Part shown: one piece after another, positions 21,171 to 31,626 of the stretch
How the letters are laid out: every line of letters begins with the position of its first letter
Numbering within the stretch: position 1 is the first letter of the stretch
Assembly (NCBI GenBank): GCA_963836075.1
Contig: CAWIIB010000001.1
Coordinates: 2,080,001 to 2,144,000 of the forward strand
Reading direction: 5' to 3'
Length of the DNA: 64,000 nt
Source: an uncultured Acidobacteriota bacterium
Lineage (GTDB): Bacteria > Acidobacteriota > JAQAZP01
Translations under genes and position numbers: made by a program
The notes under the pieces: generated by a model
What the model was told of the DNA's origin: nothing
Database searches by the model: none
What the model saw: only the letters and a program-made list of their open reading frames with translations

Positions 21171-22301
21171 GTGCGGCTGCTCTACATCAATCCCTACCGG
21201 GACCGTGACCTGGATGACCCGGATCAACTCCTCGAGCGATACCGCTCCACGCGGCTCTGGTGTTCGGCAGTCGCCGCCCGGGGTGTGGAAGTAACCGTCT
21301 GGCAGGCGTTCCCGGAACCTGCGCGTCGTGAACTGGATGGCGTCCGCTACGATTTCCGCCCGGTCCCCCGGAGACCCGACAGGGCCTGGCCCGATGAAAT
21401 CGCCAGGCTCGGTCCGCATGTCGTTCACCTGGACGGCCTGATCGCCCCGCTGCGGCTCTCACTCCTGCTCGCCGCCTGCCGAGCCGCCGGCGTCCCGGCC
21501 CTGGTTCAGGACCATGGCGGCCGCCAACTCCCCGGACCGGGCTGGCGCGCCGCGGCGCTGGCCTACCGGCCGGAGCCGGCAGCGCTTCTCTTCAGCGCGG
21601 CCGAGCTGGCCGCTCCCTGGCTGGATGCCGGAATCTTCCCGCGGAACACACCGCTGATCGAAGTGATGGAGAGCTCCACGACGTTCACACCGGCCAGCCG
21701 CCGCCGGGCCCGGAAGGGACTGAATCTGGAGGGGGACCCGCTGGTGGTTTCGGTGGGGCGGCTCAACCGGGGCAAGGACCCGGCCACGCTGCTGGACGGT
21801 TTCGCCGCCTTTGCCCGATCGCGGCCCTCGGCTCGCCTGGCCCTGGTCTATCACGAGGCGCCGCTGCTCCGCCTGGTGAAACGGCGGATCGCCGAATCGC
21901 CGCTGCTGGCCGGCCGGGTGACACTGCTGGGCCGTCTCTCCGGGGAAGAGGTACGGCTGGTCCTCAGTGCGGCCCAGCTCTTCGCCTCGGCCAGCCGGCA
22001 CGAGGGGAGCGGTTATGCAGCGCTGGAGGCGCTGGCCTGCGGAGCGCTACCGGTGCTCAGCACCATCCCCTCCTTCCGGGCGATGACCGGCGGCGGCAGG
22101 GTGGGCGCGCTCTTCACCGCCGGGGATGCCGGGGCGCTGGGCCGGGCACTGGAGGAGGTCTGCCGGGTGGGGGACCGCCGCGGCTGGGACCGGATGCGAG
22201 AGCAGGTGCTGGGCTGGTACCGGGCGGAACTGGGTGTGGACGCGCTGGGCAGGAAGGCCACGGCGGCTTACGCTGCAGTGGCCGGAGCCGGGGGACGCTG
22301 A
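21171..22301 (+). CDS. GT4 glycosyltransferase
   Basis: VGRLNRGKDP and SRHEGSGYAALEALACG (E-x7-E). Confidence 0.88.
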   Translation: MRLLYINPYRDRDLDDPDQLLERYRSTRLWCSAVAARGVEVTVWQAFPEPARRELDGVRYDFRPVPRRPDRAWPDEIARLGPHVVHLDGLIAPLRLSLLLAACRAAGVPALVQDHGGRQLPGPGWRAAALAYRPEPAALLFSAAELAAPWLDAGIFPRNTPLIEVMESSTTFTPASRRRARKGLNLEGDPLVVSVGRLNRGKDPATLLDGFAAFARSRPSARLALVYHEAPLLRLVKRRIAESPLLAGRVTLLGRLSGEEVRLVLSAAQLFASASRHEGSGYAALEALACGALPVLSTIPSFRAMTGGGRVGALFTAGDAGALGRALEEVCRVGDRRGWDRMREQVLGWYRAELGVDALGRKATAAYAAVAGAGGR

Positions 22302-22308
22302 CCGCGGA

Positions 22309-22740
22309 TCAGGCGCCTTCCAGCCGGGAGGGATCGCTCACCGGCTCGCCATCCTTCAGTCGGCGGACAAAAACCAACGCGCCAAATCCGGACTTGGAGA
22401 ACAGCTGGCGGCCGCGGTAACCGTCCGAGGACTGGACCCTGTGCATTCGCGGGTTGTAGTCCAGAACCGTTTTCTGTTCGTAATCCTGCCCGGCCTGCAG
22501 CTTCAGTGCCTGGTCCAGATGGCCGCCCACCAGCCGGAGCAACAGCTCCATCAACGCGGCTCCGCGCTTCTTCGCCGTGGGATCGCAGGCGAAGAGGGCG
22601 CCGCAGTACGTGCAGGATCCGGTCTCGAACTCGTCCAGAGGCTGCCCCTCGGGAAACTTCGCCCGGCCGACATGCTCCTCGCAGAAAGGGCACAGCGGAC
22701 GTTCGCCGGCCCGGCGGTCATAACGATCCCGGTCGCTCAT
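22309..22740 (-). CDS. Small Cys-rich hypothetical protein (putative zinc ribbon)
   Basis: CPFC...CTYCGA..ACD; start overlaps the upstream GT stop. Confidence 0.7.
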   Translation of the reverse strand: MSDRDRYDRRAGERPLCPFCEEHVGRAKFPEGQPLDEFETGSCTYCGALFACDPTAKKRGAALMELLLRLVGGHLDQALKLQAGQDYEQKTVLDYNPRMHRVQSSDGYRGRQLFSKSGFGALVFVRRLKDGEPVSDPSRLEGA

Positions 22741-23933
22741 GGGTCACCTCGCAACACCGGCCCGGCCGGTTCTGAAGCGCCATCCACCAACAGACGGCTC
22801 TCAACTGTATCACGCCACAGCATCAGCACCCGGGCTGAAGAGACGTGTTCGCAGACCGCCGCCCGGCCGTTGGCGCCCATCACCGGCCACTGTTCGCGGT
22901 TGGCCAGGATCATTTCCAGCGCCCCGCCCAGGGCCGCCGAGTCACCAGCGGAGCAGATGATCCCCGCGGCGCAGTGGGCCAGCAGTTCGGGCAGCATTCC
23001 GGTGTCCGTCCCCACCACCGGCAGGCCGCTGGCCAGCGCCTCCAGACAGGCCACGCCCTGGGCTTCGTGAAGCGACGCCGAAACCATCAGGTCGGCCTCG
23101 CGATAGACATCGGGCATCCGCCGGTGATCGATCCAGCCTTCCCAGGTCACCATATCCGCAACCCCCAGGTCGGCGGCCAGTTTTTCCAGCCGTCCCCGTT
23201 CGACGCCGTCACCCACCACTCGCAGATGCAGACCGGGATGAACCGATCTCAACCCGGCCACGGCGCGGAGCAGCAGGTCGAACCCCTTGACCCGGACCAG
23301 CGATCCCACAGCCAGCAGACGCGGCCCCGCCTGCAGACCTTCCGACAGCCCGGCCACCCGGGGGCCGGGTGAAAAGCGGTCCACATCAATCCCGAAGGGC
23401 AGCAGGAGCGGCCGGGGCATTCCGCGGATTCCCAGCCGTACCAAGTCCTGGCCTTGCCTGGCCGACCCCACGCCGAGCACCGCGGCCCGGCTGATTCCCG
23501 CCCGCAGGCAGATCCGCTGCCAGAGCGACCTCCGGGAACCGAAGCTCTTACCGGCGATGAAGACCGCTTCGCCGGCGGAGAGCTTGAGCAGCAGGGGCAG
23601 CCTTTCCCGCCGGGCGAAAATGGCCGCCGCCAGGGCGGTCTCGTCACCCCACAGGGCAAGAGCGGCGTCGTAGCCCGCCAGGTGATGAGACTTCCGGGCC
23701 GCGGCCACCGCAGCCCGGAGCCGCAGCGGTCCGACCACGATCCTCGACGGGTGACCGAATGAGGCCACCGGGAGCCCGTGCCAGCGGTACCGTTTCCGGC
23801 GGCGCGGGTATTTCAGGGCAAAAATGTCCACCCGGAAGTGACGGCCGAGGCCGCGCACCAGAGAAGAGACACAGGGTACAAACCAGTCCTCCTCGCGGGA
23901 GGGGAAACCGGGAACGAACAGTGCCAGATTCAC
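22737..23933 (-). CDS. GT4 glycosyltransferase
   Basis: VGSLVRVKGFD and SLHEAQGVACLEALASGLPVV. Confidence 0.9.
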   Translation of the reverse strand: MNLALFVPGFPSREEDWFVPCVSSLVRGLGRHFRVDIFALKYPRRRKRYRWHGLPVASFGHPSRIVVGPLRLRAAVAAARKSHHLAGYDAALALWGDETALAAAIFARRERLPLLLKLSAGEAVFIAGKSFGSRRSLWQRICLRAGISRAAVLGVGSARQGQDLVRLGIRGMPRPLLLPFGIDVDRFSPGPRVAGLSEGLQAGPRLLAVGSLVRVKGFDLLLRAVAGLRSVHPGLHLRVVGDGVERGRLEKLAADLGVADMVTWEGWIDHRRMPDVYREADLMVSASLHEAQGVACLEALASGLPVVGTDTGMLPELLAHCAAGIICSAGDSAALGGALEMILANREQWPVMGANGRAAVCEHVSSARVLMLWRDTVESRLLVDGASEPAGPVLRGDP

Positions 23934-24127
23934 GTCGACTTCTCCGCGGCCGTTGCCGTGTGAAATCTTTTTCCGGGTTGCAATCTGTTGCCGGGCGATG
24001 AGGACGAATGGTATACTATTTTATTAACTTGTGTAGAGACAAGCGGATACTCTTTCAGCCCCCGGCCCCGGCCGCGGGATCGTTCCGGGAGGCCGAAAGC
24101 CGCTGCTGATCAGAGGGGGTCCACTCC

Positions 24128-24889
24128 ATGCGTCCAGCACTTACCGGGTCACGGCAGCCACGGTGGGCTCGATCCGCCGTTCCGACCTGCCTGTTCCTCA
24201 CGGCCCTGGCCGCCGCATTCCTGTTGGCACCCAGTGCGGTGACCGCAACCGAGGAGACCGATACTGCTCCTCCGTTGGCGCCTCTCGATCCGACCGATCG
24301 GTCGCCCGAGAGTCTCAGCGCGCTGGAGACCATGGTCTATGACAAGGGCAAGCTGAGTTTCACCGCGCGCAACGTCTCCACCCAGGAACTGTTCCTCACC
24401 CTGGCCGACAAGGGCCAGTTCATCATCGAAGGGGTGGACCTGCTGCCCATCACGCCGGTCTCGGTCTCCTATACCGATATGCGTGAACAGGACTGCCTGA
24501 CCCAGCTGCTGAAGATGGTCCCTGACATCAACTTCATCTTCCTCGCCCGGGAAAAGCCGGAACAGGGAAAGTCGGTGGTGGAGAAGGTCCAGATCTACTC
24601 CAAGGATTCATCGGGAATCGCACCAGGCCAGGGCCAGAGCTACAACCCGCTCGATTTCCTGGCCACCGACGGCAACCTCTTCGGCGACCAGGGGGAGTAC
24701 AGTGGGGAATTCGGGTCGGCACCGGGCTACATTCCGCCGTCCGAACCGCCGAAGTATATTCCGCCGGACAAACCGCCGGTCTACATCCCGCCGTCCGAAC
24801 CGCCGGTCTACATCCCGCCGGCCAGCGATCCGGTCTATGTCCCGCCCCCCAGCGGCGGCGGGCAGGATCCCAACGACGGCAGGCAGTAA
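24128..24889 (+). CDS. Exported hypothetical protein with Pro-rich repeat tail
   Basis: Signal-like N-terminus, globular middle, five Y[IV]PP repeats near the C-terminus. Confidence 0.75.
   Translation: MRPALTGSRQPRWARSAVPTCLFLTALAAAFLLAPSAVTATEETDTAPPLAPLDPTDRSPESLSALETMVYDKGKLSFTARNVSTQELFLTLADKGQFIIEGVDLLPITPVSVSYTDMREQDCLTQLLKMVPDINFIFLAREKPEQGKSVVEKVQIYSKDSSGIAPGQGQSYNPLDFLATDGNLFGDQGEYSGEFGSAPGYIPPSEPPKYIPPDKPPVYIPPSEPPVYIPPASDPVYVPPPSGGGQDPNDGRQ
24727..24850 (+). repeat. Imperfect ~27-nt coding tandem repeat, 5 copies (YIPPSEPPx)
   Basis: TACATCCCGCCGTCCGAACCGCCGGTC-like units. Confidence 0.85.
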
Positions 24890-24902
24890 ACGCGGGTCAA
24901 AT

Positions 24903-26844
24903 GTGAAAACCCACCACGTCACCCCATCCGCCGCGGACCCTGTTCCGCGGCGAGCCCTATTGCTGTTCCTGCTGCTGGTTCTCGTCGCCGCCGGGTGCCG
25001 CACAGTGGAGCAGGAGACGGAGGAAGGCCCGCCGATGGCCAGGGTGGAGACCTGCCGCGACCTGATCTTCCTGCTGGACCAGGCCAAAAAGGAACACGAC
25101 GGAAACAAAAACGTCGAGGGCCGGATCGAGGAGCGTCTGGTCACCCTCAACGGAATCGCGAAAGCGGCTATCTTCGCCCATCCAGTCTCGGAGATCCGCT
25201 ACCAGCTGCCGGTCCACCCCGAGGCCCGGCTGACATTCAAGATCGGCCTGCACCCCGGTTGCTGGGAAACGGAAAGCGACGGGGCCACCTTCGAAGTGCT
25301 GGTTCGGACGGCGGAGGGCGGTGAACGCGTTTTCTCGCGGCACCTTGACCCGGCACACAACCCGAAACACCGGGGATGGCAATCGTGCGAGGTCGACCTC
25401 GGGGATTTTGCCGGAGCAGAGAGGGAGATCGTACTGCGCACTGGCCCCGGACCGGCGGGCGACCCGGCCTTTGACTGGGCCCTCTGGGCTGAGCCGCAGC
25501 TGCTGAGCCGCGGACGGCGGGCCCCGGCCGACGGATCGGCCCGCCAACACGTGATCCTGATTTCGCTGGACACAGGTACGCCTGGACCACCTGGACAGCG
25601 CCGGTCACCAGCGGCTCACCACACCGCACCTCAACCGCCTGCTGCAGGAGTCGGTCTTCTTCACCGGGGCCCACGCACCGAGCCACTGGACCATGCCGTC
25701 CCACATGAGCGTCTTCACCTCTCTCAGCCCGGACGTCCACCAGGTGGTCAGGACCGACGGCACATCGCGGCTGGCTGATGGCATCCCCACGCTGGCCGGC
25801 CGGCTGCGGGAGGCCGGGTATTTCACCTCCGGGTTTGCCAGCTGCGATTTTCTGAAGGGCGACCTCGGTTTTCAGCGCGGCTTTGACAACTACTTTCTGC
25901 GCTACAACAAGGCCATGCAGCAGAACCGCCTGGTGCGTGACTGGATCTGGTCCCACAGGGAACGGGACCAGTTTGTTTTCCTGCACTACTTCGACGCCCA
26001 CTCCGACTACCACACCCTGCCCTACGACGCGCACTACGGCTTCAATGCCCTGTGGAGCGACCTGGAACCGGAAGAGACCTACGGCGGTTGCTCTCCGGAC
26101 GGTGAACTCTGCGCGTCCAGCTACCTGACCCGGCTGAACAAGGACGCCGTACAGCTGGAGCCCGCAGAGCGCCGGGCCATCGGTGTGATGTATGACCGCG
26201 GTATCCGCCAACTGGACTTTCAGCTGGCAAAGCTGGTGGCCTGGCTCAAAGCCCAGGGGTTGTGGGACTCCAGTCTCGTGGTGCTGTTCAGCGACCATGG
26301 CGAAGAGTTCCAGGAGCATGGGAAGCTGCTGCACCAGCAACTGTTCAACGAACTGATCGCCGTGCCGCTGATCGTCAAACTCCCCGGCGGTGATTATGGC
26401 GGCAAGAGGATTGACACACCGGTGGAGGCCATCGACGTGGCTCCCACCATCCTCTCCCTGCTCCGGCTGCCGGTGCCGGAGATGATGCAGGGGCGCGAGC
26501 TGACTCCGCTGATCGAGGAGAGGGTCGAGGCGGCGGTTGGCGAACCGCTGATCTTCTCCTGGTCCAACAGCTTCTGCACCATAACCAGCGGAGATTGGAA
26601 GCTGGCCTTCGACTCCCGCAGCGGCAGGGAAGCGCTGTACAATCTGGAGACGGACCCCGCTGAGCAGCACGATGTGGCCCAGCGGAATCCCGGAATTCTC
26701 AACCGGCTGCACCGCCTGCTCAAAGAGCAGAGACAACGGGACCACGCCATTGCGGACAGTTTGTCCATTGCCGGCCCTGCTCCGGCCGATGGGTTCAGTG
26801 ACGAGGAAAGGAAGAAGCTTGAGCTTCTCGGCTATGTTGAATAA
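24903..26844 (+). CDS. Sulfatase-like (alkaline phosphatase superfamily) lipoprotein; apparent +1 frameshift at ~25576
   Basis: Lipobox AAGC. Deleting one G in ACA-G-GTA restores ISLDTVRLDHL. WTMPSH, HYFDAH, FSDHGEEF and C-terminal LELLGYVE. Confidence 0.85.
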
Positions 26845-28771
26845 AAAAACACTGCGCCAGGTGACGCTGTTCTGCGTTTTGGCCCTCCTCGTTCCGGCCC
26901 TGGCCTGCGCTCCCGGACAGCCGACCACTGCCACCGGCCGCTCGGTCATCCGGCTCACCGAACTTTTCAAACGGGCGGAGAAAACCGTCAACAAGGGTCC
27001 GCTGTCCCTGGAAGCGGTGCTCGACCAGGGGACCGAGAAGCTGGGGAAGAAACTGCGCCCGGTGATCCGCCAGCACCCCGCCGGCACCCTCAAATACCGG
27101 TTGCGCATCCCCCGCGACGCCGTGCTCCGATTCGGTTACTGCATGGCCCCCCACACCTGGAAGAAATCTCCGGACGGAATCCGCTTCCATCTGCGGGCCC
27201 GCCGGATCGACGCCAGCGACGGCCGGGCCGCGAGACAGCTGGGACTGTTCAGCGCGGCCCTCGACCCGAAGAACCACCCGGCCCATCGCCGGGTGTTCGA
27301 AGAGCAGGTGGACCTGGCCCGCCTGGGGGGCGGGGTGTGGGAGCTGGTCTTCAGCCTGAGCCACGGCGCCGGCAAGGACGTGACATGGGACAACGGCCTG
27401 TGGGTCGACCCGAGGATCGAGTTCCCCTCCGGCACAATCGAGATACCGGCCGGCGATCCAGCACGCCCGGACATCCTGCTGGTGACCGTGGACAGCCTGC
27501 GGGCCGATGTGCTGCCCTCCTTCGGGGACCGCGGGATCCCGGGGCCGGCAACAGCCGCAGCGCCGGTGATCAGCAAGCTTGCCGCCGAAGGGATGCGGGC
27601 CTCGGCGGCCTTCACCCCCAGCACGTTGACCATCCCCTCCTACGCCTCGATCCTCACCGGCGGCACTCCGGCGGACCACGGGCTGCACCGGGAGAACCAG
27701 CGCGAGGCGCCGGCCATGCCCACGGCCGGCGAGCGTTTCACGGAGCAGGGTTACCGCACCGCCGCATTCCTCGGCACGTCCCGGCTCTCGGCCCGGCGCA
27801 CCGGGCTGTCACGGGGGTTCGAGATCTACGACTGTCCCGCCGCCGGAGGGCGTTCGGCGGAAGAGACCATCCTTGGCCTGCTGGACTGGATCCGCCGCGG
27901 GGATGGCAGGCCCTCCTTCTGCTGGCTCCAGCTCAACGAACTGCGCCCGCCGCTGGCCCACCTGCGAAGTCGTGACCGGCACTACTTCCCCAGGGGTGGT
28001 TTCAACCGCTGGGACGAGTCGATCATCCGCCTGCTGCCCCACTTCGAACGCCGCCCCGACCTCAAGGAGCGCTGGTACCGCTGGCTGCACGACGTGACCG
28101 CCACCGGATACGTGGAGGCCAGCTACCTGGGGCAGGTGGACGAACTGGACCGGCAACTGGGCCGGGTTCTCGAGGAACTCCGCTCCCGCTTGCAACTGGA
28201 GAACACCGTGGTGGTGGTCACGTCCAACCGCGGCCTGGCTCTCGGTGAACAGGGGATCTTCTACACCGGTGAAAGCCTGCAGCCGGGGATGACCCGGGTG
28301 CCGCTGGTCATCCGCTGGCCCGGACGCGTCCCGGCGGCACTCCTCCTGCCGGAGAAGGCACCCTGTACCACGGCCGATATCCTGCCCACACTGCTGGGCC
28401 TGCTGCCGCCAACAGAACTGGAGAAACCGGCCCTCTCCCCCACCGGCATGGACCTCCGGGCAGCCCTACGCAACACCACCCCACTGGAGCGGCGCATGAT
28501 GCTCCTCGAGGGGCACATTGGCCCACCGGATCGTCCGAACCGCTTTGCCCTGCTGGCCGGCGGGTACAAGCTGGCTGAATCTCCCGGCCACACCGGAAGC
28601 AAAGCGGGATCCGGAGATATTCTCGCCTGGTCCTCTGACTCGCACTACCACAACGACGAACTGTTCCACATCCTTTCCGACCCGGGCGAACAAGCAAACC
28701 TGGCCGGGTCACGGCCGCTGGCCGACCTCCGGCAACTGATGCACCGCCGCCTGATGTCGCTGGTCCCCTAG
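26834..28771 (+). CDS. Sulfatase-like lipoprotein with degenerate metal site
   Basis: Lipobox ALAC; PDILLVTVDSLRAD, LTIPSYAS, RVPLVIRWP, DPGEQANL; SDHG replaced by SNRG. Confidence 0.82.
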   Translation: MLNKKTLRQVTLFCVLALLVPALACAPGQPTTATGRSVIRLTELFKRAEKTVNKGPLSLEAVLDQGTEKLGKKLRPVIRQHPAGTLKYRLRIPRDAVLRFGYCMAPHTWKKSPDGIRFHLRARRIDASDGRAARQLGLFSAALDPKNHPAHRRVFEEQVDLARLGGGVWELVFSLSHGAGKDVTWDNGLWVDPRIEFPSGTIEIPAGDPARPDILLVTVDSLRADVLPSFGDRGIPGPATAAAPVISKLAAEGMRASAAFTPSTLTIPSYASILTGGTPADHGLHRENQREAPAMPTAGERFTEQGYRTAAFLGTSRLSARRTGLSRGFEIYDCPAAGGRSAEETILGLLDWIRRGDGRPSFCWLQLNELRPPLAHLRSRDRHYFPRGGFNRWDESIIRLLPHFERRPDLKERWYRWLHDVTATGYVEASYLGQVDELDRQLGRVLEELRSRLQLENTVVVVTSNRGLALGEQGIFYTGESLQPGMTRVPLVIRWPGRVPAALLLPEKAPCTTADILPTLLGLLPPTELEKPALSPTGMDLRAALRNTTPLERRMMLLEGHIGPPDRPNRFALLAGGYKLAESPGHTGSKAGSGDILAWSSDSHYHNDELFHILSDPGEQANLAGSRPLADLRQLMHRRLMSLVP

Positions 28772-28919
28772 CAACTCCTCCAAAAACAACATTCAAAACA
28801 GAAATGTTACGTAAAATACCCTAATAATCCTCTCTCGAACGTTATATACAAGTAGCCAGGTTATACAGGGACACTGAACCCGGCAGTTCAAACCTTTTGT
28901 GGATATCCAGGGGGGATTG

Positions 28920-29405
28920 ATGAGTATCCGGAAGAATGGAGCAGAAGCCGCCATCGACATCCACCAGCCGCAGCAAGAGATTCAGGACACCGGCCTGCCG
29001 GTGATCGTCCTGGTCACCAGCGCATTGGTTCCGGAAACCCTGGTGACAAACACGGACCTCGAGCACCTCTCCGGGCGGTTCGACCTCCGGCTGGCCTCAA
29101 CACCCACCCGGGCGTTGTGCCTGTCCCGCGAGCTGCAGTCGGCCGGCAACCGGGTGGTGCTGCTCCTTTCGGACATGCTGACCAGCGGAACCGAAGTCTT
29201 CCTCTTCATCTCGACATTCAGCCAGGACTGGCCCGATGCCGGGTTCCACCTCATCGACTCGGTGGAAGGCCGGGTGATCTTCAGCGAACCCAACGGCCCC
29301 GAATCGGACCGCTCTCCGTCGATACAGATCGAATCCAACGGCCGTGAACCGCTGGATTCCCGCCTGGTGTCGATGATGGTGGAGCGCTATTTCCCCAGCG
29401 CGTAG
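28920..29405 (+). CDS. Hypothetical protein (possible degenerate receiver-like fold)
   Basis: ORF with G-rich RBS; VVLLLSDM strand is reminiscent of a REC domain; weak support. Confidence 0.5.
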   Translation: MSIRKNGAEAAIDIHQPQQEIQDTGLPVIVLVTSALVPETLVTNTDLEHLSGRFDLRLASTPTRALCLSRELQSAGNRVVLLLSDMLTSGTEVFLFISTFSQDWPDAGFHLIDSVEGRVIFSEPNGPESDRSPSIQIESNGREPLDSRLVSMMVERYFPSA

Positions 29406-29427
29406 CAGTTCTCTCCGGCACCTTCGG

Positions 29428-31626
29428 CTAGTTACCGTCTGGTGGACGCTCGAGGATGCTCTTCGCCCGCTTGAACTTCAAGCCGAAAGGATAACGGCCA
29501 ACAGCATCACCGAGCGCCTCCCGGGCCAGGTCCGGACGACCGGCCTGGTCCGCGGCGAAACCGCACGTGTAGGCAAGATGGACAAGGGGAATGATGGCCT
29601 CACTGTCGCGGAGCGCGGCTGCTTTCAATGCTCGATACGAAGCCTCCAGACTGGGCAGCGCTGATTCCAGACCGTCTTCCACCAGGTGCCGCAACGCTTC
29701 GAGCGCCTCGATCTTCAAGGGAAACACGTCATCGTATTCCATCGGGCCAAGGATTTCGTCGAACCGGGAATGGGGCACAACGCCGGACTCCAATTCGACG
29801 ACCGCGTTCCAGAAGATCGATTCCTGGCGATAGCGAATGGTGTCTTCGGTAACATCCACCAACCCCGATTCCGGCGACGGACCATCATCTGCGGAGTTTG
29901 CCTCCCCCCCCTCGCCACGCAGCAGTGCGGGGATCTTCAGCCATGCGTCCGTTGTCTGTAAACCGGTATTGAGCGAGTAGTGTTCGACGATCTCCCGGCT
30001 CAGATCCTCACGGTTCAGCCCCTCAAGAATAGCGGCCTGAACAAACCCCTTGTAACTGTACCAGATATATTCCGCATCGAGATAAGCCTCTCCAGCGGCT
30101 TCGTATTCTCCCAGAATGGTCAGCAGCTCACCGCGAAGCAGCATCGGCCGGCGGGGATGGAACAGTTCAGCCGGGTTCTGCGGAAGCCAATCCAGGGCCT
30201 CTTCAGCCAGCCCGGCTTTTTTCAGCGACCGCGCGGCGTCCAGCAGGACATAGAGCCGCAGCGGTTCGTCGGGGGCCGTAAGAAAGGCAAGATCATAGGT
30301 TGACTGCCCCTCGTCGATCATCCCCGCCCCCACCTGCCGCCGGGCCTCGAGAACCTGCGGATAGAACTTCACAAACCGGTTCCTTGCCTGATCGGTTTCC
30401 CGTCCCTTCCTGAACCAGGGGTCGGTGCTCAAAGTGGTGTTCATCGAATCAAAGAGAACGGAACGATCCACACCGTTGATTTTCAAGAGATTCCCCGGCT
30501 CCATACTCCAGGGTTCCGCCGCCAGACGGATCAAGCCGGTGGGGCGATAGAGCTGATGTGTCAGGTATTGGTCCGATTTCTGGTCGGGGGAAACCCGGTG
30601 CTCCAGCAGGGGGACCCGGAAGGCGACGATCTGCTCCCCCATCATGTTGTTGATTGCCAGACCGATGACTCCGGGACTCGATTCACCCGAGACCGGCTCA
30701 ACGAGCACCAGATCCTTTATTTTCCCGGAGTTGGCAAAGGCCCCGGTGATATCGCTCTTCCCGCCGCAATAGCTGTAGATGATATTCGGGTAGTAGAGGT
30801 GCTTGCAGGTCACCAGCAGATCCTGGTGACCGTCCTTGTCGAAATCAATGGTCTCGGTGGGACCGAAGCGGAAGTAGCGTTCGTCATAGTCCTCACGAAA
30901 TGGGTTAAACTCCTTCAGCAGATCGCGGTTCTCAAGTATATCTCCCTTCGGTGAGAGAATGGCCAGGTGCGGTGTCACCTTGGCCGGCGGGCTCTCCGGA
31001 GATTCCAGGCCACCGTAAAGCACTGCAAATCGGTTGGTGGAATCGTCATCGAGATCGACAACTCGATACACGGGAGCAGGGAAGGTCTCTCGCCACAGTT
31101 CCCGGCCTTCCACCGACTGGCCGACAACGTCATTGCCGTCGATGCTCAGATCATGGACCACGGCTCCCCTGCTCTTCGAAAAGCCCTGCATGGTAAGGAT
31201 GACAATGATCAGGATCGACAGGGCCAGGATCGCGGCCACCATCCCCGGCGACGGAGACCAGGACCGTCCGGAAGTTTCCTCCCTGGCGCCTGCCGGCAAT
31301 CCCGCGGCCCGGTCATCGACATCCCCCTCGCGTGCGAGAAAGACGATGTTGTAGCCCCCCTTGGGGATCTGCAACACCAGAGCAGCGTCCCTTCCCTCCG
31401 TGGCATAGTGCAGTTCGAGCTTCTCTCTCAGGCTCTTCACCAGGTTCCGCGCGCCGACCTGGTTCTCCACGTTGCCGTACAGTTCCTGTGACAGGTCGTA
31501 CTGGGTTACCGCCTCGCCGTCCCAGTGCTTGCGGCAAAGAAACTGCAAGGCCTCCCTGGACCGCCGCCCCTTGAGGTGGCGGCTGGCCAGCAATCGTTCC
31601 AGCTCCTGTCGTTCAATCTCGGACAT
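29428..31626 (-). CDS. Membrane-anchored regulator-like protein: N-terminal wHTH-like domain, one TM helix, beta-rich plus TPR-like external part
   Basis: LQFLC..LREKLELHYATEG..LQIPKGGY motif; TM MVAAILALSILIIVIL; DFDKDG loop; helical repeats. Confidence 0.72.
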   Translation of the reverse strand: MSEIERQELERLLASRHLKGRRSREALQFLCRKHWDGEAVTQYDLSQELYGNVENQVGARNLVKSLREKLELHYATEGRDAALVLQIPKGGYNIVFLAREGDVDDRAAGLPAGAREETSGRSWSPSPGMVAAILALSILIIVILTMQGFSKSRGAVVHDLSIDGNDVVGQSVEGRELWRETFPAPVYRVVDLDDDSTNRFAVLYGGLESPESPPAKVTPHLAILSPKGDILENRDLLKEFNPFREDYDERYFRFGPTETIDFDKDGHQDLLVTCKHLYYPNIIYSYCGGKSDITGAFANSGKIKDLVLVEPVSGESSPGVIGLAINNMMGEQIVAFRVPLLEHRVSPDQKSDQYLTHQLYRPTGLIRLAAEPWSMEPGNLLKINGVDRSVLFDSMNTTLSTDPWFRKGRETDQARNRFVKFYPQVLEARRQVGAGMIDEGQSTYDLAFLTAPDEPLRLYVLLDAARSLKKAGLAEEALDWLPQNPAELFHPRRPMLLRGELLTILGEYEAAGEAYLDAEYIWYSYKGFVQAAILEGLNREDLSREIVEHYSLNTGLQTTDAWLKIPALLRGEGGEANSADDGPSPESGLVDVTEDTIRYRQESIFWNAVVELESGVVPHSRFDEILGPMEYDDVFPLKIEALEALRHLVEDGLESALPSLEASYRALKAAALRDSEAIIPLVHLAYTCGFAADQAGRPDLAREALGDAVGRYPFGLKFKRAKSILERPPDGN

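Noticed and set aside
24050-24120. GC-rich, potentially structured leader with a GAAA tetraloop
   Set aside because: No recognisable riboswitch or ncRNA consensus and no second copy; chance pairing is likely at this GC content.
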